The notes beneath the pieces are model-generated. The model was not told the DNA's origin. It did not search any database and saw nothing but the letters and a program-made list of their open reading frames with translations. 64,000 nucleotides of DNA from Chiloscyllium plagiosum (Eukaryota). The stretch covers positions 2,337,199 to 2,401,198 of the forward strand of contig NC_057759.1 of the NCBI RefSeq assembly GCF_004010195.1, in the 5' to 3' direction. Shown piece by piece: positions 1-14,559 of the stretch. Every line of letters starts with the position of its first letter. Position 1 is the stretch's first letter. A program made the position numbers and the translations under genes.

Positions 1-1874
1 AAAAAAAATGAGGTTTGGGCACTCAGTTGTGTGGAGCCTGTGTACTCAACAACTGAGTGCAAAATCAAATGCTGGATTCTTTCCCGTCTACACTTTGGGA
101 TAATGCAGTCCTTTTTTGAACTCTGAGAGACTGAATGGAACCTTGTGGCCGTAGAGATCCACCTTAGAGGCATATATTTAACAGACCAATCCACTCTGCA
201 AATGATCAGAGATTGTTCCCCTCGCATCTCTAAATGAAACTATTTCTGTAAATTGTATCTGCCTCCAGGCTTTTAGCCTGCTCTTGGATCCCTCAGGAGA
301 GATTAATCTCCAGCCGATTCTTACCCAGTGGGTTCCTCTTAAAGGGCTAACAACAGCAGGTAAGCTACTGAGACCTCTAGTGGTGACATGGAAGTCTTCC
401 CATCTCTCATCCAAGAGGTTTGGGTTTATATGACACATCCCCTCAGACCAAGGAAGCACAAAACCAACTTTAAAATGGCAGCAATGTTTTAATCAGAATT
501 AAGAATGTCTGTTGTTTGTTCAGGCCAACATTGGCATGGGGGAAAGGAGCGACAGTTTGAGTTTAAACCCAGTGCAATTCTGCAGAGAATCATGCATTTA
601 GATATTTTTAAAGAAGCTGGGAGATTATGCCTACACCACCGCTTCTCTTTTCCTCAACTGTTCTGCTGTGTCTTTCCTTTCCGTTTACATATCTACTTCC
701 AACATGGTAGGTAACAGTTAACCAGCCTTGAAAACAATTTTTCTCATTATTTAACTCAACGTTCTCCTAGTTTCCATCAGTGCACCTCTACCAGTGACTG
801 AGTCTACCCCACCTCAAACGTTTCTTGGAAGCAGACTTCGAGACTTACCCACAGTGCTCTGTCACCAATAAAAACCTTCGACCAGACCAGTCAATATTTT
901 GTTGTTTACTTTGGAATAGACTGTATGTGAATTCGCAGCCTTGTTAGTCCTGTTAAAACAGTGGCAGCATTCGTTAGTTATTACATGTCTGACTGATACT
1001 GAGACGTCTTGGCATCCTGGGAGATGTCATTTATTTATTTTGATTCTTTAATTGCTCTCTCTCTCTCTGAAACAATTCTCTTTCTCTTCAAATGTCCCCC
1101 TCCACATTCATCACAATCCTTCCTTTTATGTTTCTCAATTAGTTTCCCTGGCTCTAGCTTGTCCTATCCCCATATATCACCATCTGTAACCGTTTCACCA
1201 TGTAGCATCATTATATCACTGCTGTTGTGTCAATGTCAGCACTGAGCAGCTCAGTTATCAGGGTAGTTGGTTTGGAATGCAGAGTAATGCCAACAATGGG
1301 GGTTAACTTCCTGTACCAACCAAGGGAAATATCGTAAGTGAGAGGACGAGCAGCAGACCATTTACGCCCCCCGCCGCCTCCCCACCAAACCTGATCTGCT
1401 AATCAGCAGGATCATGGCTGCTTCAACAGTTTTCACATTCATTTTTCTGCCCTTTCTCTGTTACCCTTTTATTCTCTGACTGATGAAGAGCCCATCTCAG
1501 TCTTAAATACAGACAAAGATTATGATTAACTCAGTGCGCATCTTCATACTAACAGTTATATCATGTGTTGGGAGCACTGTAGATAGAACTTGAATCGCTG
1601 CCAAACGTTCCCCCTTTCCGTGCTTGAGCTACATCAGTGAGGGAGAGACGGTAAACAAAGCCAGAGACTTCCCAAGCTCTGCAGCACTCAGGGTTCTGTT
1701 GCAATCCACTGGGTCTGTCCGATTCGAGGTACAGGACCATTCCCAGGAAATGGAACATTCCAATCTGGGCCCTGAGGAAGCAACAGAGTCTTAATTGTAA
1801 AGTTGTAAAAGGAAGCTTTAGAGTGGTTTTCTGGAAGCATTGCATAATCCAGAAGGTAGGGTGCAATGGACAGG

Positions 1875-2560
1875 AAGGATTGGAACCCACAGCCTGGGAT
1901 GTGGGCACCACTGTCTGGCCACCACTTATTCCCCGTCCCTAGTTGCCTTTGAGAAGGTGTTTGTAGCCTACATTGCCTTCTGAGACCACTACAGCGCATG
2001 TGTTACAAGTTGAACCAGTATTTTAACACAGCAATTGTGAAGAAATTACATATTTCCAATATAGATTTTGGGTGGTTTGAGGGGGCACGTCCGGGGTTGG
2101 CGGTGATATTCCCATGTGTCTGCTACCTTTAAAATTCTAGATGACAGTCGCGGTGGGTTTGGAAGATTCTCCGAGGAACTTTGGTGAATGTTTTGTAGTA
2201 CGTCATGTAGGATGCTAAACTGCTTAACTAGGCATCGAGGATGGAAGCAATGGCTGTTTGTGGATGTGGTACTCATCAAGATTGTCTCTGGATGTTGTCC
2301 AACTTGAAGCAATATTGGTGCTGCACTAATTCAGGCAAGTGGGGAGTATTCCATCACAAACCTGACTTGCATCTGGTTGATGGTGTACAGGCTTTGGGGA
2401 GTCAGGTGAGTGACTCACCTCACATTCCTTGTTCATTTAGAGATTGTATTTATTTCCTGAGTGCAGGTGAATGTAGGTAGTGAAGGTTGGGTGTGAGGTT
2501 GGAGGATGGCTGGTTCAGTGACAAGGAAAAACAGTCAAATTGACACTTATTACTTGAGGT
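1875..2560 (-). mobile_element. Old non-LTR retroelement 3' fragment (CR1/L2 group)
   Basis: Its start resembles the tail of the SINE at 24470-24530; no intact frame. Family assignment is tentative. Confidence 0.4.
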
Positions 2561-3165
2561 CATTGTTCTAAAATGGAAAATTCGAACCCTCTGACTAGTA
2601 AACTTAGACGCAAGTCCAATCCTGCTATGGTGGGAGTAGAGGGACCACACAGGATGCGTCTTCCAGAATGCTGTTCGTCCCCACTGCTGATCCTGCATCA
2701 AGAACAGCTTTCTTCTACAGTTTTCAAGTCACAATCACATTTCTTTCACTGACTCTGCTGTCGGAAACGCTTCTTTTTGTCGAATTCCTCTGTGACAATT
2801 TTTAAAGAGAAGTGATGTGGTACTTTTCTGGATATATGGCGCTTTCCTAGAGATTCTAAAGATTTCTCTGAGAACACGATTTTTATTTTCCAATGGCGGG
2901 TTTGCCCTCACTTCAGATGGCAGGTAGCTCTCCTCAATTTTCCATACACCCGGATTTTATACACCTGATGATCTATTAATTTTGATACACTCGGGATAGT
3001 TCTAAGCTTTTGACATAATCAGATTTGAACGAACTGGTCCTTAGTCTCCAAGGGCCTTTTAAAATTAACTGGCTAAAGTTAAACTGTCGCTTTGTTAAAA
3101 GTGCTGCTTGGTTGTTTGATACAAAATGTTTGATACTAAATGTTTCAGTTCGGGCTCCTTCAAAC

Positions 3166-3476
3166 TGCATGGTGGTACAATGTTTAGCACTGCTGCCTCA
3201 TAGCGACAGAGACCCGGGTTTAATGCCCGCCTCAGGCACCTGACTGTGTGGAGTTTGCAGATTCTCCCCGTGTCTGCGTGGGTTTTCGCTGGGTGCTCCG
3301 GATTCCTCCTACAGTCCAAAAGCCTGCAGGTTAGGTGAATTGGCCATTCTAAATTGCCCGTAGTGTTCGGTGAAGGGGTAAGTGTAAGGGAATGGATCTG
3401 CGTGGGTTGCGCTTCGGCAGGTCGGTGTGGACTTGTTGGGCCGAAGGGCCTGTTTCCAAACTGTAAGTAATTTAAT
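3166..3476 (+). mobile_element. HE1-like tRNA-derived SINE
   Basis: tRNA-like head (...TTAGCACTGCTGCCTCA...GACCCGGGTT), core TGTGTGGAGTTTGCA.ATTCTCCCCGTGTCTGCGTGGG, and tail GGGCCGAAGGGCCTGTT shared with CR1 3' ends in this window. Confidence 0.88.
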
Positions 3477-5102
3477 GCTGTCCACAGATACGTTTTTTTG
3501 TATAAATCTCGGAGCTTAGAAAAGCACTTTACCTCTTAAAGGGATCACGCATTCTTTCCTCCTGCCATTTTGTTTCCAAACGAAATCTATTTTCTTGCTT
3601 TCTAATTCACGAGTGCTCTACACAAATTGTAACACGTCCCACCTGAAGAAAAAGGAATGAACCACTATTATTAAGAGATAATTTCGTTTTTTTTAATCAT
3701 ATTAACGCCATTATCACGAGACACATATGTCATTCATCTAAAGTTATACATTTCATACTAATTCTGTATATATATAATATTGGACAGTCCCTGTTCCATC
3801 TTAGCTGCATACTTTCTTTTATACCTGCGAAATCTCTTCTGCAATAATAATTTTATGTCCCTCAACTGAACAATCTGGAATTTAAAAGCCCGTAGCATAG
3901 TCCTTAAATCTTTACAAAAAACTGAAAGTGTTGTGGTCCGTGTACAAAAGTGTCTCTGATACATTTTTCCTAACATAAACATCAAAGTGTTGTCAGGCCA
4001 GTACCAAACTTGAAAAGTATTTTTCGATGGTGGGGTGTATTCCGTTTCTTTGAAAAGTAACAATTTTTCCTTTTAATTCTACCGTCATCCTCCTGCTGCT
4101 CAAGCTCCAAGCCCTAGATCATTGGTGTCAATCACAACTTTAAATGATTTCAAGAAATTTTGGTGGCTAAATCTGATGTGATGGTGAACTCAGTTTTTCA
4201 GATTCTCAATTGCCTCTTGGCAGTATTCTGTCCTTCGAAATTTTGTGCTCTTTCGGAAATCCATCAGCAGTACCACCGTGATAATAAGTTTGGTAAAAAA
4301 CCTCTGGTAGAATTTGTTCAATCGCAAAAATCGAATTGCCTGTTTCTTCCAGGATGGTCTTGGAAATGACTCTATTGCCTTCGTCTTCATATTCACGTGG
4401 GTCATTTTATTTTTCCATGTCAGATGTTGTCACCCAATAATGTCACTTCAGCCTTCACGAATTCCGTTTTTCTAGCTGCAGAACCAGTTTGCCTCTCGCA
4501 ATTTTTCAAGGAGCTCTGCCAAATGCAGCCTGTGGTCTTTCTATGAATGGCTAAAGATCTCTGTAGATGGCACGAATACTCAATCCTGCCACAACTCTAT
4601 TCACCAGTCTTTGAAAAGTGGCTGGGGCGCTATTCATTCCAAAGGGCATTACTAAAACCATTTGCGGTTAAAAATACAGAAACTTCTTTCCCACTCTTTG
4701 ACAAAATTCCTTGCCACTAACCACGCGGTAATCAAACTTCCTAATGTAAGTGCCTTGCCCAGCAATACCTTCACAGCCTCCAGTCGTGGAATTGGGCATG
4801 AGCTTGATTTAGCTGTGGCATTGACCTTCCAATAATCGACAGGAAATCATTAAGTACCATTAGGCTTGAAAACCAACACGATGGCCGAATAACACTCACA
4901 TGGACTCGGTCAATGATGTCTTCTTGAAGCATTGCGTCCAATTCCTTCTAAAACTGTGCAGCTTTGAAAGGATTAAGCCTATATGTTTGTTTGTTTTTTC
5001 TCCAAACAGCATTCACTACCTTTACCTCATGTACAACTGCATTAGTCCGCTCCATTCCATTTCTATATATTTCCTGATATATATCTTTCAACTCGCTTTT
5101 CT

Positions 5103-6130
5103 GTTAGAGTCATAGTCACAGAGTCGTGCAGCACGGAGGCAGGTCGTTTGACTCAAACTGATCCATGCTGACCAAACTGTCCACATATACTAAATCAATT
5201 TCCTTATACTTAGCCCATATCCTTCTAAACATCTTCGATCCATGTATTTGCCAAATGTATTTTAACTATTGTTAATGTACCCACCTCAACCACTTCAACT
5301 GGCAGCTCATAAATATGTGTAAAAATGTTTCCCCTCAGGTATCCATTTACTGATTTCCCTCTAAATTTAAACTGATGTCTTCTAATCTGTGACTCGCCTA
5401 CCCTGAAATAAAGACAACATGCATTCACCCTAACTATGCATCTCATGGTCATATATACTTGTAAAAGACCTCTCCGCAACATCAGTCTCGTATACTTTAC
5501 AAAAAAAGCTGAGCTTGTCTAACATCTCCTAGTAGCTCACACCATCGAGTCCTGGTCACATCCTTGTTAAATGCTTCTGCACTCTTCCTACAGCAAGGTG
5601 ATTCAAACTGAACATAATACTCCATGTGCAGCCTCAACAATATCCTCGCCCACCTTCTGCAGTCTACACATATATGTCCACTGTGATGCTTGTAGGGTTC
5701 TATTCTCCCTCGATTAATCATTTTCCCTTTAATATACTAAAAGAACATCTTTGGATTCACCCTAAACATCCCCGCCAAGGCTAAGCCACGCCCCCTTTTC
5801 CACCTCCTGATTTCCTTCCTGAATAAACGCCTGCATCCCCTGCATACCTCCTGGAACTCCCTTGATCTCAGCTGCCCGTTTCTGAGAAATGGCTCCTTCT
5901 TTTTCTCCAGTCAAAGTCTCAAAGTTTCTTATTATTCATCGTTCCATATTACTGCCAAACTTGCCCGTCACACTTATAGGAATGTTTAGATCTTAAACTC
6001 TCATTATCTCAAGTTTAATGACCTCCCACTTGCCAGCGATCATTTTGCCTGCAAACAAACTATTCCAATCAACCCCTGCAAGCTGCTGTCTAATTCTACC
6101 AAAATTTGCCTTGCCCCAATTTAGAGCTTG
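5103..6130 (-). mobile_element. CR1/HER1-like LINE fragment with internal deletions, inserted in the outer LTR element
   Basis: HMEYYVQFESP, QFKFRGK..GYLRGNIFT and VVEVGTLT..KIHL are CR1 ORF2 C-terminal motifs; short tandem tail near 5105. Confidence 0.8.
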
Positions 6131-7706
6131 AACCTGTGAAGACTGGAGGCTTGAGAATTTTGTTCCTGATACAGATAGCTTACTATCCTATCTAAATCCT
6201 TCAGGCTCTCCTCATTTGTGAATTTACTCTGAGAGTAATCAAAATTCAAATCTTCTGGACTTGATTCCTCACTCTGAGGTGAAGTAGCGTCGACCTGTTT
6301 CTCTGGTTCCCGGTCCAAAGTCGCTGGATTTATTACTAACTGTGGCTTTCCTACTATTTGATACATATGACATTTAAGGCAAAACTAAACCACATCCTTA
6401 TGCAATCCAAGCCAATAGAAGTGTTTTATATCTTATCCTGAGTCTTCTTCATTCCTAGATAACCCCCATTGATAATTCATGTGCTACGTGCAATTCTTCC
6501 TGTCTGTATGCTACCAATAGCATAATCTGCTGAACGTCCGCCATTTCTCCTCTGCGTTAACCTGTTGAGGTCTTCATTTTTGCCTTAAGATTCTATACAT
6601 GAGATGCTAACACTCAGGGATACTTTCTTATTCCTTTTCCGAATACGCTTTATTATATAAATCTTTTATTGTCTCATCCTTTTGCTATTACTCCAGTAAT
6701 CATTCAGAACTGAGCACCTCTGCTGATCCTTTACTTTCTCTGGATCTTCCTTTAACATTTCATCAAACAGGGCGTCAGCTAATTGGAACTCAACACTTTC
6801 ATCTGTCTCTCTCTTCCTTGATATAACTTATGAGTGTAATATCTTGCTAACACATATACTGGAAGAATTCTTGGGCATTTTTCTTTCTCTTAAGTTTTCT
6901 GGCTTTTCTTCGCCTTCCCCACTACAAGGGACATCGCTATCACCTTTGATCCTGTTAGGTCTTTTCCTAAAGTCAACTGTATTCCTGGAATAGACACTCT
7001 TTCAATCACTCCCACTGTTAGTTCTGCAGTCTTGAATGGACTTTTGAACCTGACCTCAAATATGGGAACGCTGAATCTCTCTCCATCTATTCCACAAATT
7101 ACAGTTTTCTCGGGTTGTATTTCAGAAAGTGTCCAAATGCTTTCCTCTCTTACTGTTCGAGGCTGATTAGCTCACCGGTTTCTCAATATTTTAACTTATT
7201 CATCTTATCCACCTGTTCTTCCGATCATTCTCCACAGAGGTGAAGTTTTTGTAGAGATCGAGCACCAACTGATTATTTCGACCATAATAGGCTGTGCATG
7301 CTCCTGCAACTCCTTGACTTATTTTTTTTTTCTTCAATTTCCTTCACTACTTGAACTAATCCCAATGGTTTAACCTCTTTTACCACATTCTTTTTCTTGG
7401 TGTTTTTCCTAAAATACGAGCACTGTGATTCTACGTGCCCCATGTTGTTCCAGTGAACGTACATGGTTCCCAATGTCTTTCTTAAAACACCGCCACTGTA
7501 ACTTTATGTATTCCAGTCCATTATTGTGAAAACACCTGGAGAGTTTCAACTACTTTTCCCTCCTTGGAATGTCTTTTTTTTCACAGATGGCGAACTATTG
7601 CCAGCATGATCGACGTTTTTGTATTTCATTTAATGATCTCACTTCTTTCCCCAATTTCTTAACCCTCACAGAATCATAATGTCTGAAACTAAGGTTCAAT
7701 TTATGC

Positions 7707-7948
7707 TGTGCCGATGGTACTCCTAAGAATGTTATGCGTTCTTCGCTTTTTTTTCCACAGACGTCATAAAGGCAAAAGTTTCAATGTGTCTTTTAAAACA
7801 CTTGTACAATGAAATTAGAGTGGCCATTTCTCCCAGTTCGGGGTGCTGATTGGTTTGCTTTGGTTTGATTTCAGCATGCTGTTAGTTTGCTTCTGATCAG
7901 TTTTCTTTAGCCTGCTGGTCCAAAATAAATATCTTCGCACAAATTCTT

Positions 7949-7989
<41 letters not shown>

Positions 7990-8289
7990 TCTGTGCTTTA
8001 AGAAGCTGTGTTTGAATGTACAGTTTTGCCAAGGGATGATTATGGGGATGTTGCAAGCATTAAGTCGTGATGGAGTTGATAGGGTTTTCAAATATTTATG
8101 CTATTCAAAATGCGGTTTTCTTTGGTTCCTGTATCAAAAAAAGTTTTGTTTTGTTTAAAACTGAGTGGTTGGGCTAGCTGCATCACTCCTGGAATATCCA
8201 CTAACACTTGGTGTCAAGGAATAGAAACGTTAGGGCCTGGGATACCTTTTTGAAATGTTTTGAGTGGATCTGGTGAAGTCCGTAATACA
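7707..8289 (+). repeat. 5' LTR of the nested Gmr1-like element
   Basis: Begins TGTG, ends TAATACA, followed by the PBS; shares blocks such as AGCTGCATCACTCCTGGAATATC with 12344-12946. Confidence 0.82.
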
Positions 8290-10262
8290 TTGGGGGCTCT
8301 CAGTGGTCTGTATTCGATGGTTTAAATAAAGACGTAGCTGAGAAGGAATTTTGTCAGAAAACGTGTTAGTAACGGAAATTCACGCTGATAAAAGACGTTC
8401 TCAGTAAGGTAGAGTGAGGTTAGAGTATCCAGTGAAGATTGGAGACGTCGTGGTAGGACTATTGCACAAATTTTCAGCTCCAGGAATAGAACTTGCCCTT
8501 GCTAACGATATACGTGGTTAACAGTTAGGAGTGATGCCTACTGTAATTGAAATGCCATTGGAAACACAGGCAACTGAAATATTCCAGGAAGCATGTACTG
8601 GGATTTGTTTCTGACTGTGTGGATATGATTTCACAAAACCATCAGTTGAAACGGGAGAGATCAAAGAGTACAGATAAGGAAGTTGAAGTGGAATTAGCAG
8701 AGAACCGTCTGATTAAATTTTTGATACAAAACAGATGCAAATGGCGGACAAAGTGGATATCTTTAGCTCAGATAAATTAAATGAGTTACAGCGGAAAATG
8801 AAAATTTAAAGCAATTATATAAGAAGGTATATATGGAGGATGAATCCGAATGTAATCCTGAATGCTGCCACATTAAAAAACGTTGTCTTAATGAGAAAAT
8901 GGTGGCCATCGTCTATTCACACAGTGAGAAATGGGCAGGTTTCGTAAAGTCGTATTGCCAGTGTTTTATAGAAAGTAGTTGTTGAGGTGGTGCATGAACA
9001 ACCAGTCCGAAATCGTTTAGTGGTAAGAAAACCTTAAGCTAAAGTACAACAAAAAAAACATTTTTACTGGCCTGGACTGCACAAGGATGTCGTTGAATAT
9101 TGCCAAACATGTCATACATGTCAAGTACTTGGAAAATCACAGGTAGGTAAAACCTGCATCTTTAAAGCCTATCCCTGCATGTGAGGTACCCTTTACAAGA
9201 GTTTTATTTGATTGTTTAGGATCCTTATCTAAATCACAAAGTGGGAATCAATACTGTTACTTTTAACAATAAGTAATGTGTTCACAAGAGTTCCAGAGAC
9301 GATTTCATTACGTAATTTCACAGTCAAAACGACTGTAGAGGAGTTACTCAAATATTTCATTAGATGTGGATTACCCACAGAAATACAATGATATCAAGGT
9401 TCAGATTTGCATCAAAATTATGCAAGGAATTTATGGACAGCTGAGGAAAAAAATAATTCCGATCTACTGCATACCATCCAGAATTGCAGGGAGGGCCACA
9501 AAGGTATCAGATATTAAAGAACATGATCGGCACCTAGTCAAAGTTATTCAGATGATTGGGTAAAATAATTCGGTTTGTATTTTTTTTTAATCAGAGATGC
9601 ACCAAATGATTTGAAAAAAATTCTGTCAATCTGAGTAAGTTTTTCAGCATGAAGTGAGATGTCCAGGAAAACTGATTAAGAAGAAATTGCTAAGTCAGAA
9701 TTCAAATACCCCACATTTGGACCATGTGTGGATTTTATGCAACGGTTACATAGAGCGGATAGCTGGCTAGATAGCATTTCAAGGTATCACAGCATAAAAT
9801 GAAACAGGAAACAGGCAAGAAAACAAACAATCCAATTTTGCTGCCTGAAACAGGTGTTATTGTTACTTCCAAGAATAGAGAAACATTTAAAAGCAAGGCT
9901 TAGTGGACTTTGTGAAATTGAAAGGAGGTGTACTGAAGTCAACCGTTTGATAAGGACCCCAGACAGAAAGAATCTGGCAGAGCGTATCATTTATCAGTTA
10001 TTTTGATAGTGAAGGAATGCAAAAGATGACTGTGTTATTGGATACAACGCAGTGAAAAACCAATTCAGAGGATTCTGAATTGGAAATTCCTCAAATTGAA
10101 TTGAACAATGTATAAGATATCAAAATTTAGGATGCATCATTGATTTATCTTTAAGAGGAAAATCGAAATGATCTGAAAGAATTATGGCTATTCCATGAGG
10201 AGGGATGTCAAAATAAGCTGCGACGTACTGCGATAATTATGCATTATTTAGATATAGGAAAT

Positions 10263-10938
10263 TGCTATGTAGATGTGGGAGTACTGTACCTTTAAGACAG
10301 AAAAAGCTAGCAGTGACAGCACCAAGTGTTCTCAATGAGACAAAATGTATCATGTAGTCCAGCTACATATACAAAGCAGATTCGAATTTGGCCAATCAGT
10401 TTAAATTATTGCCCGACAAAAAAAAACAAATTCCAATCAAGTTTGAATTAAGTGTATTGGCAATCTTAAAAGCCAATGGCACAGTCCGATACTTTGGAGT
10501 ATAAGACCAGAGAAAATCGAACAATTGGATGAGAACTGCCACAAAATGAACTGCTGAAGACAGCTTGTCAGAACTCTCTGATAACCTGTCCAGAAAAGGA
10601 GTTTTTACGGGGATAAACCTCAACACTGACCAGGAAAGCCAATCTAACGACGAAGATAAAGAAAAGATTTGACCGCTGGCTGGTTTTAAATTTTGAATTT
10701 TTTTTGTAAATCTTAATTGGGAGATTATTGGAATTTTATTATAGAAGGGAAGGTTGGAGAATGGACGAGTAAATTGTTGTGAGTTAATTATTTTCTGTCA
10801 TACTTTCAGAAATAAAGTAGCTGATTTTTACTTTAAATAGTTCTTGCCTCTCGAAATTTCACACGTTACTGCACGGGATAAATCTTTTCTGTGTTGCTGG
10901 TTTAAATGAAGGAGGCGGGTTTACCCCGTGTTGTAACA
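10263..10938 (+). mobile_element. Solo LTR inserted into the pol region of the nested element
   Basis: TG...TAACA termini, AAAT TSD at 10259-10262 and 10939-10942, internal AATAAA about 10810; removing it restores the reading DIGNAFMIKHHP. Confidence 0.82.
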
Positions 10939-12343
10939 AAATGCTTTTATGATTAAGCATCATCCTCATCAGCATAACCCTGAAAAGTTGTTACAGTTTC
11001 TTAACGAGATTGAACACATGATCCAATACGCTGTAGTCGAAGTGAGAATGAGTGATTGGAGCTCACCAACAGAAATCGTGCCAAAACCAGATGGTACCCA
11101 ATGTTTATGTACATGCAGTTCCAAAGACTGATGGATATCCAATTCCACATTTGGAAGACGGTGTTGAAAAATGGGACAAGTGTCTTATATTTCTAATTCA
11201 GACTTGCTCAGAGGGTACTGGCAGGTATATTTGCCGGAAAGAAAGAAGTAAATTTTGGCTTACACAACGTCGAATGGAGTTCAAAGTCACGCCATTTGGT
11301 GCGAAAAATACGACTGCCACATTTCAAAAACTAATAATAACCAAGAAGATTATTTCCAGTTTACACAATTACGTAGTTCATATTGATGGCCTGTGACATT
11401 TAGACACATCAGGACGAAACATTTCTACCAATTAATGAGAATTGTTCAATCGACTACGGGAGGCAGGCTTAGTGAGACACATAACTAAAAGCGAATTTGC
11501 CAAAGTGCAAGTCATCTTCCTGGGCCACATCATTGAGCGTGGACGAATTGCCCCACGGAATGCAAAAACATAGGTTAATAGTGAGGTTCACATACCATCG
11601 ACTAAAAGAGCAGTACTACGATTGTTTGGATTTTATCTGAAATTCGTACCAAATTTTAGCAGTGCGGATGCTTCACTTATTGAATTATTAAAGAAAGGAA
11701 AGATGTTTCAGTGGACAGCAGACTGTCAGAATGTATTGGACAGCCTGAAGAAGGTGTTAATCACATCCGAAGGCTTAGCTGCAGCTAATTTACTTAACGC
11801 CATTCAGGGTGGCTTGCAATACGAGTGATGTGGGTGTCGGTGCTGTACTCTTACCAGAAGGTGACGGGAACATAGAAAAATCTATCGAGTATTTCTTCAG
11901 GAAATTGAACATTCATCAGCAGAAATAATCGTCAGTTGAGAAGGATACCTTGAACTTGCTGATGGCGTTACAGAATTCCAAGTTTGTGTTACCAGCAATG
12001 CATCTGAGACAATCGCAAGCACTGACGGTAGTCCATTTGCCGAGAAATTAAAAGACAAAAAATCAAGTCTGTTTAGATGGAGCTTGTTGTTGTAGCCTCT
12101 AAATTTACAAATTGTGTATCTGTCACGACGAACGATTTCTGATGCATTGCCAAGACTTGGGTGAGAAACAGAGTCGTTCATGCCAGAGTAAACAGACTGA
12201 AACAGAATGTCGTAGTGCATGTCTGCATGTTTATAGTCAATGCAATGGATATGTGTGTTGTCATGTACTGACGGTGTAAGATGAAGGGAGTTTAAAATGA
12301 AGCTACATTTGGAAATTGATGGCTTTCTTTTAATGGGGGAGAG

Positions 12344-12946
12344 TGTGACGCGGCTGCTCCTTTAACATGGTTATGCTGTCCTTGTTTTTTTTCCCAGCGG
12401 GATTGTTAAGGTCGAAGTTCTGATATGTCTGTGTTTACCTACTTGAAGAAGTTTTAAAGTGTTTTTAATGTTTGCACGATGAAAAGTGAGTGGACAGCTC
12501 TTCCAGTTTAGAGTTTGGTATGGTTTCGTTTGGTTTCAGCAATCCGTCTTGTTTGCAATTGTTGGTCAGTTTCCTGAGGTTTCTGGACCCGAATAAAGAG
12601 CTCCATGTTGATCTTATCTCACTTTGCAATTTCTCTCCTGTAAGAACCTGTGTTTGAATTTACAGTTTCACCAAGGGCTGATTCTGGGGATGTTACAAGT
12701 GTTTGGAATAACACCATTCAGCAGCCATAGAGTCAATTGGGTTTTCAAATAGCCATGTTATTCAAATTTTGGTTTTGTTTTGTTCGTGTATACATAAATT
12801 CTGTTTTGCTTACAACTGACTGGTTGGGCCAGCTGCATCACTCCTGGAATATCTACTCTACACGTGCTTAAAAGAGCCAGAAAAAAACGTAGCGTCTGGA
12901 TAACCCACTTGAAATGTTTTGAGGCGGTTTGGCCTTTTCCAAAACA
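12344..12946 (+). repeat. 3' LTR of the nested Gmr1-like element
   Basis: Preceded by purine tract AATGGGGGAGAG, begins TGTGAC, ends AAAACA, followed by TSD ATGC. Confidence 0.85.
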
Positions 12947-14559
12947 ATGCTGTGATGCGGATTCGTCAACCATTTCTGCAGTGCTTCGGCTGTTTGAAGT
13001 TTCTGCTCCTCAATATGATTTCTTACCATTTCTGGAAGTGAGTTTTTAAATTCCTCCAGAAGAATAATTTATCTCAGGAACTTGTATGTCTTTTCTCTCT
13101 TTAACAGTCTCATCCATCTAGCAAAGTTACTATGTTTAAGTCGTTCAAACTTGACATAAATCTGACTGGGTCTTCTCTTATTTTTCTGAACAGTAGTCCA
13201 TATATTGAGTACCAATTGTACGCACTCAGCATAGGCTGTTTAACATGTTCATAATATATTGATAGTTTTTCTTATAGTAATGCAAACTCCTTATTAACCC
13301 TGCTCTCATTAGCATTACCCACACAGTCTCTGGCCAGTCCACCTCTATCGACGATATCTCAAAGGAAATGAACTCCCTGCTACATTTCTTTCATTTATTT
13401 TTTATGTTTGGACATGTTTGTATATGGTGGCTATGATAGATTTTCTTAATATCATCTCCATCTTAAAATTTTGCTTTTTCCTTCAAGTTTCAACTTCATA
13501 GTTTCCTACTCCAACATTCTTTCCCAGTCTTTATCTTCTGCCATGGATCTTCTATCCTTTTCTCCATCGACTAAATCCAACTGCTGAACTTGGAATTTAT
13601 GTCGTTCTAATTCCACTGTTCTCGACTGTTTCTCTGATATGTCTTACTGCTTGACTAACCCCGTTATACTTCTAGCTTTCCTATTATCCCTAGTTACACG
13701 TAATTTTAGTCTGTCTGTTAATTCTAAACGTTTCTCCTTTTTTTCTAACTTTCTAAACTTTATTGACAAATTTGGCTCTCCTCTCCAACACTCAGAATCT
13801 CTTCTGAGTTAAGAGCCATTTTTCCCTTTTTTTAAATTTAACCAACTGAAAACAACCGAAATTAAGCAGATTTTCCACTTTTCACTTCAGTTTTATTTAA
13901 TGATCTCGGACATTAATCCCAAGTCTGTTTAAATCTGCTGGGAACGTTTGTACCAAAAATATGTTCAAATTTATTCATATCCATTCGGATGAGTCCATAT
14001 CCCGGACATAAACTGTCCAAATCTATTCAGATCCAGGAGGCGAGCATTCAATCTGTTACAAAGGGGAGATCGACACCTTAATGATAATTAATGCCAAAAC
14101 AACCCGAGACGTTCAATTCGCCTTGTAATCTGTTAAAAGAAGAAAGAACAGTGCAACCTATCTCTTACCTCCAATCTGTTAATCAGGCATGGTTAAATGA
14201 ATTGGAATCTTTTCACCCAATCTATAGTTAACACGTAACAATTTATTTATCTAACTTCAATAGTGAACAAATTCACGAGTTTATTAATAAACAGAAAATC
14301 CCTTTCTAAATACCTATTGCAGAGAAAAAAATACAAGATTCTAATACCATGTGTTCCGACAACACACATCCCATTTATATAAATGCAAGTAAAAAAAGGA
14401 ACAAAACTTACTCTGTCAAAGTTCACACAGAAGGCATCCTCCTGAGCTTGCTGTATTTTTTTCCATTGATTTCTTGTCCGAAATGCCCTCTCCAATGTTT
14501 TCTCTGGAATGTCTGTCGTCTGGAGTATTATTGAAATGTGCTTGGTACATATTACAGAC

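Larger units (their letters stand above)
7707..12946 (+). mobile_element. Degenerate Gmr1-like LTR retrotransposon nested in the gag of the outer element
   Basis: TG...CA LTRs at 7707-8289 and 12344-12946; ATGC TSD at 7703-7706 and 12947-12950; PBS TGGGGGCTC at 8291-8299; purine tract before 12344; integrase (HFYWPGLHKDVVEYCQTCHTCQV about 9058-9125) precedes RT (VTPFGAKNTTATFQKL about 11285-11335) and RNase H (about 11800-12150). Gag/protease is largely deleted. Confidence 0.88.
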
